Assembly: GCA_964541395.1 (NCBI GenBank)
Contig: CAZIPM010000002.1
Span: 41,309 to 105,308, forward strand
Direction: 5' to 3'
Origin: an uncultured Gammaproteobacteria bacterium
Lineage (GTDB): Bacteria; Patescibacteriota; Microgenomatia; UBA8517
Length of the DNA: 64,000 nt
The notes below the pieces were generated by a model. That model was given only the letters and a program-made list of their open reading frames with translations. It was not told the DNA's origin and did not search any database. The position numbers were made by a program, and so were the translations under genes. Shown in pieces: positions 58,575 through 64,000 of the stretch (position 1 is the stretch's first letter; every line of letters starts with the position of its first letter).

Positions 58575-58853
58575 TTACTTTTTGACCTCCTCAAAGATTT
58601 CTATCTTATCCTTACCGGATAAAGTAACTAGTGCTTTTTTATGTGCCGGTTTTGTTACAGTTCTACCCCTAAAGTTTCTCTTGACACTTTTTTTGTAATT
58701 TAAAGTTTTGACACTTTCAACTTTAACTCCGAACATGTCTCCAACCAGTTTTTTAATCTGACTTTTACTAAGTGATGGTAATACCCAGAAGGAATAAACC
58801 CCGTCTTTGGCTACTTTCATACTTTTTTCAGTAAAAATAGGTGTTAAGTTCAT
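58575..58853 (-). CDS. rplW: 50S ribosomal protein L23
   Basis: PIFTEK and KKALVTL. Confidence 0.95.
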   Translation of the reverse strand: MNLTPIFTEKSMKVAKDGVYSFWVLPSLSKSQIKKLVGDMFGVKVESVKTLNYKKSVKRNFRGRTVTKPAHKKALVTLSGKDKIEIFEEVKK

Positions 58854-59503
58854 TTAATTTTTTTAGAAGCAGTTTTAACACGCTTCTCTCCTTTCTTTTC
58901 AAAGACGCTAGCGTCAAAAACCACAAAACCTGCTCTTAAAAGAATAAATGCATTTAGATCTTTATACAAAACTGCCCTTACTTTTTCTATATTCTTAAAA
59001 AACTTTAAGGAAGTTGCAGCCTCATCTGGCAAAACTGCCAAAATTGTTGATTTAACTTCCATTTTCTGCCTGATCTTTGATAAAACTTTTACTGCTTCCG
59101 CTGTCTTTTTAACATTGGAAAGACTCTCGGCTACTACAGCCCTTTTATTACTAACTACAAATGAAACAGCTGCTGTCAATGCTTTCCTTTTGATTTTTAT
59201 GGGTAAAGTTAAAACTTTTTTAACTCCTTTGGGACCATGAGCTTTTCCTCCACCTACAAAGATAGGTGCTGACTTGGCACCATGTCTGGCTCCACCTGTT
59301 CCTTTTTGTTTGTAGACTTTTTTCTTGGTCATGTCTACTTCACCTCTGGTCTTCACCTTTGCAAACCCAAAGTGGGTTCTATCTTCATATACTCTGATTG
59401 CCTGATCCAAAAGAGCTTGGGAGAATTTGCCGTCGAATTCTTTTGGCATTGTAAAACCAGTATCTCCCGTACCTTTAGCTGTAAATAGTTTTACTTTAAG
59501 CAT
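58850..59503 (-). CDS. rplD: 50S ribosomal protein L4
   Basis: KTRGEV, QKGTGGARHG and GGGKAHGP. Confidence 0.97.
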   Translation of the reverse strand: MLKVKLFTAKGTGDTGFTMPKEFDGKFSQALLDQAIRVYEDRTHFGFAKVKTRGEVDMTKKKVYKQKGTGGARHGAKSAPIFVGGGKAHGPKGVKKVLTLPIKIKRKALTAAVSFVVSNKRAVVAESLSNVKKTAEAVKVLSKIRQKMEVKSTILAVLPDEAATSLKFFKNIEKVRAVLYKDLNAFILLRAGFVVFDASVFEKKGEKRVKTASKKIK

Positions 59504-60275
59504 TAACTACCTCCTGTTTTGTTTTTGGTTGTTCAGGTGTTTGTCCTGTAGCTTTAGTAGCCGCAGTTTCTTCTCCCAGTTCAGAACTTTCACCCTCAAC
59601 AACCTGAGCTACCGGTGTTTCTTTTTCCAGATCCTTCAAAGAACCTGCAGAAATTCTTTTTATCAAAAGTAATGCTCCGATTCTTCCAGGAATTGCACCT
59701 GAAATTACCAGCTCGTTGGTTTCGTTATCTACTCCAACCACATGAAGGTTTTTGACAGTTACCATAGTTCCACCCATTCGTCCTGCCATTTTTTTGCCTT
59801 TATATACTCTTCCTGGTGTGGTTGTCTGTCCAATTGATCCCGGTGCTCTTTCCCGGTCACTTTGGCCATGGGTTCTGGGTCCTCCGGCAAAACCATACCT
59901 TCTGACTCCTCCCTGGAAACCTTTTCCTTTGGTTACGCCGCTGACCATAACTACATCACCTTTACTAAAAATGTCGGAGATATTAATAACGTCACCAACT
60001 TTAAAATCAGGTTCTTTATCTAGTCTTATTTCTTTTAAATTTCTGGGGTATAACTTGTCTTTTTTATTTTCTTTGAGGTGACCTTGGAGTGATTTGGAAG
60101 TATTCTTGGCTGGTCTTTGATTAAATCCGAGTTGAATTGCCCAGTAACCGTCTTTATCCATATTCCTGATCTGGGTGACCACACAGGGACCGGCTGTAAT
60201 TTTGGTCACTACAACCCGATGGTCATTGATAAAGACCTGTGTCATGTTCCCTTTTGTTCCTAAAATTGTTTTCAT
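59496..60275 (-). CDS. rplC: 50S ribosomal protein L3
   Basis: GKGFQG, PRTHG and PGRVYKGKKMAG; ATG 60275. Confidence 0.97.
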   Translation of the reverse strand: MKTILGTKGNMTQVFINDHRVVVTKITAGPCVVTQIRNMDKDGYWAIQLGFNQRPAKNTSKSLQGHLKENKKDKLYPRNLKEIRLDKEPDFKVGDVINISDIFSKGDVVMVSGVTKGKGFQGGVRRYGFAGGPRTHGQSDRERAPGSIGQTTTPGRVYKGKKMAGRMGGTMVTVKNLHVVGVDNETNELVISGAIPGRIGALLLIKRISAGSLKDLEKETPVAQVVEGESSELGEETAATKATGQTPEQPKTKQEVVNA

Positions 60276-60288
60276 TTGTTTTACCAAT

Positions 60289-60399
60289 AAAAAAGCGCCC
60301 AAGGCGCCTTCTTTTGCCTTTCTTCTCGCTTGAGGTCAGCTCGTTACAACCTCCTGCATAATTATGTGCAATTATATCAAACACTTCCAAGCTTGACAA
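60289..60399 (-). promoter_or_regulatory. Promoter and structured leader with terminator-like hairpin for the rplC-initiated operon
   Basis: TTGTCA(60399-94)-17-TATAAT(60376-71); GAGGTT..GACCTC stem; AAGGCGCC-tt-GGGCGCTTTTTT at 60310-60289. Confidence 0.65.
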
Positions 60400-60683
60400 G
60401 GAGGAGGGGAAGGACAGATTTTCAACAATAATGGCAAAGGACATATTACAAATAACAGAGAATGGAGCTATTAATATAGCCAAAGCAACAAAGAGAACAA
60501 AAGAAATATTATAAACTAGGGGATTAATTCCAGTGAGCAAGATAGGTAATGCAGATAACAATGTTCTCTTCTCACAGATATAAGTCAACCTTTGGCTCAA
60601 CCTAGAGAAACAAAACAACCAATTTAAAACTACACTTTTTAAAAGTGACGTATTCTTGACCATTATGATATAATGTATGAATA

Positions 60684-60878
60684 ATGGGTACCAGAGTAGA
60701 AGAAAAAGGAGACAGAGATGCAACATTGCTAGAAGCAGAACGACCTGTATTTTTACTTGGACCTCATCGGGATGTTGAAGTTTCTAGTGAAGAATTACAG
60801 ACAGCACAATGGGTTGGCGAACGTCAAGAAAGACATGCTCAACAGGCAACAACCAAACCAATAAATCCTACTTTCTAA
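60684..60878 (+). CDS. Hypothetical small protein
   Basis: ORF with TGATATAAT about 9 nt upstream. Confidence 0.45.
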   Translation: MGTRVEEKGDRDATLLEAERPVFLLGPHRDVEVSSEELQTAQWVGERQERHAQQATTKPINPTF

Positions 60879-61086
60879 TCTTTAGTTTTTCGGCATTTTC
60901 TCTAAGAAAGTCAGCTGCCTTTGTAAAATTTTCTTTATATTCCTCGTTATCAGGGTATGCCAAAGTTTTTTGTAAAGCTTCATCAATAGTTAAATCTTCT
61001 CTACAAAGTTCAAGCAAACCTTTTACAGAATTAAATGGCAAATTTAATCGGGATAATTTTTCTCGAAGGAATTCTTCTTCAACCAT
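60868..61086 (-). CDS. Hypothetical small protein downstream of rpsJ
   Basis: MVEEEFLREK... from ATG 61086, just after the rpsJ stop. Confidence 0.55.
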   Translation of the reverse strand: MVEEEFLREKLSRLNLPFNSVKGLLELCREDLTIDEALQKTLAYPDNEEYKENFTKAADFLRENAEKLKIRK

Positions 61087-61093
61087 AGATGTG

Positions 61094-61402
61094 TTACATC
61101 TTAATCTCAATTGAGACTCCTGCAGGAAGATCCAGATTTCCAAGTGCATCTACAGTTCTTGGTGTAGGGTCTAAAATATCAATCAGACGTTTATGGATAA
61201 GCATTTCATAATGTTCCTGGGCATCTTTATCTGTAAAAGGAGACTCTTTAATAACAGTAACTGATCTTTGGGTTGGGAGAGGTGTAGGGCCTGCTACTTT
61301 GGCGCCAGAAGCTAGAGCTGTATCGATAATCTTTGCAGCTGCTTCGTCAATGACTCTATGATCGTAAGCTTTTAGCTTTACTCTTAATCTTAGTCCTGCC
61401 AT
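61094..61402 (-). CDS. rpsJ: 30S ribosomal protein S10
   Basis: LKAYDHR, GPTPLPT and HKRLIDI. Confidence 0.97.
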   Translation of the reverse strand: MAGLRLRVKLKAYDHRVIDEAAAKIIDTALASGAKVAGPTPLPTQRSVTVIKESPFTDKDAQEHYEMLIHKRLIDILDPTPRTVDALGNLDLPAGVSIEIKM

Positions 61403-61449
61403 GTTAGCCCTTTAAGGTGCGACGCCTTGCGGCGGGTATTAAAAAAATA

Positions 61450-62649
61450 TTAAGCAATAATCTTGGTAATCACTCCGGCACCAACCGTGTGACCACCTTC
61501 TCGAATTGCAAATCTAAGTCCTTCTTCCATAGCTACAGGTGCTATTAATTTAACTTTCATCTTGGCAGAATCACCAGGCATAACCATTTCAACACCCTCG
61601 GGTAAGGTACAATCTCCTGTTACATCTGCTGTTCTTATAAAAAACTGTGGTTTGTAACCTGTAAAGAACGGTGTGTGACGTCCGCCTTCATCTTTGGAAA
61701 GAATGTAGACTTCGGCTTCAAACTCGGTATGAGGTGTAACTGTTCCGGCTTTAGCGAGAACCTGTCCTCTTTCAACCTGAGTCTTTTCAATTCCTCGAAG
61801 AAGTACTCCGACGTTATCTCCTGCCATTGCTGAATCAAGAAGTTTTCTGAACATTTCAAGTCCGGTAACTACTGTTTTTTGAGTTGCTTTGATCCCGATT
61901 ATTTCAATCTCTTCGTTAACTTTAACTTCTCCTCGCTCTACTCTTCCCGTAACAACCGTTCCCCTTCCTGAGATAGAAAATACATCTTCAACTGGCATCA
62001 AAAATGGTTTTTCGGTATCGCGGACCGGATCAGGAATAAATTCATCAGCTTTCTTCATAAGTTCAAGAATGCCTTTTTCTGCTTCAGCATCACCCTCTAA
62101 AGCTTTAAGTGCTGAAACTCTGACAATTGGAATTTCGTCTCCGGGGAACTGATATTTTTTAAGGAGTTCTCTGATATCTGATTCAACGAGCTCCAGAAGT
62201 TCCGGATCATCCATTGCATCACATTTGTTAAGTGCAACTATGAGGGCTGGAACATTGACCTGTCTGGCCAAAATAACATGTTCCCTTGTCTGAGGCATGG
62301 GACCGTCTGGAGCAGAGACTACCAAAATAGCTCCATCCATTTGGGCTGCACCTGTAATCATGTTCTTGATGTAATCAGCATGTCCTGGTGCATCAATGTG
62401 GGCATAGTGCCTCTTGTCTGTTTCATACTCAACGTGGGAAATGTTGATGGTAACTCCTCTTTGTTTCTCTTCAGGAGCCGAATCAATCTGATCAAATGCA
62501 TAAGCTTTATTTACTCCTCCGGGAAAAGCTTTTGCCAAAACTGTAGTGATGGCTGCAGTTAAAGTTGTTTTACCATGATCAACATGACCAATGGTACCAA
62601 TATTTACGTGTGGTTTACTTCTGTCAAATTTTTGTTTTGCGTCTGCCAT
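61450..62649 (-). CDS. tuf: Elongation factor Tu
   Basis: [21 protein letters not shown] and [10 protein letters not shown]. Confidence 0.99.
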   Translation of the reverse strand: MADAKQKFDRSKPHVNIGTIGHVDHGKTTLTAAITTVLAKAFPGGVNKAYAFDQIDSAPEEKQRGVTINISHVEYETDKRHYAHIDAPGHADYIKNMITGAAQMDGAILVVSAPDGPMPQTREHVILARQVNVPALIVALNKCDAMDDPELLELVESDIRELLKKYQFPGDEIPIVRVSALKALEGDAEAEKGILELMKKADEFIPDPVRDTEKPFLMPVEDVFSISGRGTVVTGRVERGEVKVNEEIEIIGIKATQKTVVTGLEMFRKLLDSAMAGDNVGVLLRGIEKTQVERGQVLAKAGTVTPHTEFEAEVYILSKDEGGRHTPFFTGYKPQFFIRTADVTGDCTLPEGVEMVMPGDSAKMKVKLIAPVAMEEGLRFAIREGGHTVGAGVITKIIA

Positions 62650-62772
62650 GAGTCTTATATTATATTTTGATTCTCTTCAAAAAACAAGAGGCTTAATTCC
62701 GCCTCATGAAGTTGTATTATATTTGAACCTAATCTAAAGTGTCAAGAGTGAATTTAAAACTTTATTGCTTAA

Positions 62773-62997
62773 TTACACTCTATTTCTGTCAAAATTAATT
62801 GGTATATCTGTAACAAATTCTACTTCTCCGGTGATTTCCCTAATGGATAACGCTTCTTCATCTGTCTCAAACTTTTTAGCAACAGCCGGAAATGAAGCTA
62901 TTGCAGCTTCCTTAGTAAAAGCAGCGTAACTTTCATTTCCAAATCCACCATTACCTATTTTTCCTGACTCTAAAACTATAACGTATCCCTTTGCCAT
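62773..62997 (-). CDS. Hypothetical small protein between fusA and tuf
   Basis: 74-aa ORF with upstream TTGACT..TACAAT promoter-like sequence. Confidence 0.55.
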   Translation of the reverse strand: MAKGYVIVLESGKIGNGGFGNESYAAFTKEAAIASFPAVAKKFETDEEALSIREITGEVEFVTDIPINFDRNRV

Positions 62998-63051
62998 AAT
63001 TGACGTTTATTGTATCCCTTACTTCCAGTAAGTCAAGAAGTGAAATTTAGA

Positions 63052-64000
63052 TTATCCTCTGGCCATTTCAACTTTACCTGCTTTGGCAACAATCTGGGCT
63101 GCTATGTGAGCTGGAACTTCTTCATAATGTGAAGGCTCTACATATGCTCTGGCTCTTCCTTGAGTCAGGGATCTTAATTTGGTCGCATAACCTGAAAGCT
63201 CTGCCAAAGGGGCTGTAGCATAGATAACTGTTTCTCCTGCTTTATCTTCAGATCCTGAAATAGAAGCACGTTTACTGGAAAGGTCCCCCATAACATCACC
63301 CATGTACTCACCTGGGGTAAAGACTTCAACCTTCATGATAGGTTCAAGAAGAATCATGTCGGCTTTCTTAACTGCATCTTCAACCCCTAATGATCCGGCA
63401 ATCTTAAAAGCCATTTCCGAAGAATCAACATCGTGGAAGGTTCCGTCATAGACGGTAACTTTGACATCAACCATCGGATAGCCTGCCATAATACCGTTTT
63501 CAAGTTTTTCTTTGGCACCTTTTTCTATGGCAGGTATGTACTCCTGGGGAATTGACCCACCTTTAATTTCACTCTTAAACTCAAATCCTTCTCCTCTTCC
63601 TCTGGGTTCAACTTTGATATAACAATGACCATACTGCCCCCGTCCTCCAGTTTGCCTGATGTACTTCCCTTCACCTTCTGCATATTTTTTGATAGTTTCT
63701 TTATAGGCTACCTGTGGGGCACCAGTTGTGGCTATAACATTAAATTCCCTCTTCATTCTGTCTACCAATACTTCAAGCTGTAATTCACCCATTCCCGCGA
63801 TAATTGTTTGTCCTGTTTCCGGATTGGATTTAATTCTGAAGGTTGGATCTTCATCTGATAGTTTATTTAGTGCCAAACCCATTTTTTCCTGATCCGATTT
63901 GGTTGCAGGTTCAATAGCCAGTGAAATAACTGGTTCAGGGAAAGTAATAGATTCAAGATGAATAGGATGGGCTGGGTCACAAATGGTATGACCAGTAGTT
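63052..64000 (-). CDS. fusA: Elongation factor G (C-terminal part; 5' end outside window)
   Basis: [31 protein letters not shown] and LRSLTQGR. Confidence 0.98.
   Translation of the reverse strand, partial: TTGHTICDPAHPIHLESITFPEPVISLAIEPATKSDQEKMGLALNKLSDEDPTFRIKSNPETGQTIIAGMGELQLEVLVDRMKREFNVIATTGAPQVAYKETIKKYAEGEGKYIRQTGGRGQYGHCYIKVEPRGRGEGFEFKSEIKGGSIPQEYIPAIEKGAKEKLENGIMAGYPMVDVKVTVYDGTFHDVDSSEMAFKIAGSLGVEDAVKKADMILLEPIMKVEVFTPGEYMGDVMGDLSSKRASISGSEDKAGETVIYATAPLAELSGYATKLRSLTQGRARAYVEPSHYEEVPAHIAAQIVAKAGKVEMARG

Noticed and set aside
60223-60726. 167-aa hydrophobic minus ORF, or a plus-strand stop-interrupted frame from 60431
   Set aside because: The minus ORF runs through the rplC promoter, leader and start, and the plus frame has internal TAA stops with no recognisable homology. 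Neither can be supported.
43707-62649. Many plus-strand ORFs in the ribosomal cluster
   Set aside because: They are antisense shadows of conserved genes.
1-64000. Alternative genetic code (UGA=Gly as in Gracilibacteria/Absconditabacteria)
   Set aside because: Conserved genes are full length under code 11, and TGA acts as a stop in ATGA overlaps (for example 902-905).

Overview
This AT-rich bacterial chromosome segment uses the standard code (TGA is a stop) and looks like a Patescibacteria/CPR genome. A Microgenomates-type lineage is my inference from the absence of rpmD/L30 in the spc operon, rplM-rpsI directly after rplQ, the shortened rplB, and the many orphan and membrane-anchored ORFs. 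Bases 1-5.7 kb are the right end of an integrative element inserted at the 3' end of tRNA-Gln(CTG). It carries a large serine recombinase whose ORF runs into the tRNA, small accessory ORFs, a TerS-like HTH protein, several structured non-coding segments and a truncated EVE/PUA-like + PD-(D/E)XK nuclease gene missed by the ORF track. From 5.8 to 43.7 kb there are housekeeping genes (sodA, gltX, dacA-like, aspS fused to a YeaK-like editing domain, recJ, cca, secDF, nth, dtd, rnpB, miaA, HU, rny, recX, recA, tRNA-Pro), two ABC systems and two secreted dockerin-bearing enzymes. From 43.7 to 64 kb lies the fusA-tuf-S10-spc-alpha-rplM/rpsI ribosomal cluster on the minus strand, interrupted by orphan ORFs. 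The best leads are two A-B-A'-B' interleaved inverted-repeat modules directly ahead of start codons in the element, a leader-peptide attenuator in front of three orphan ORFs, the AspRS-ProXp fusion and the dockerin enzyme pair. All calls come from reading motifs by eye; no database search was run.
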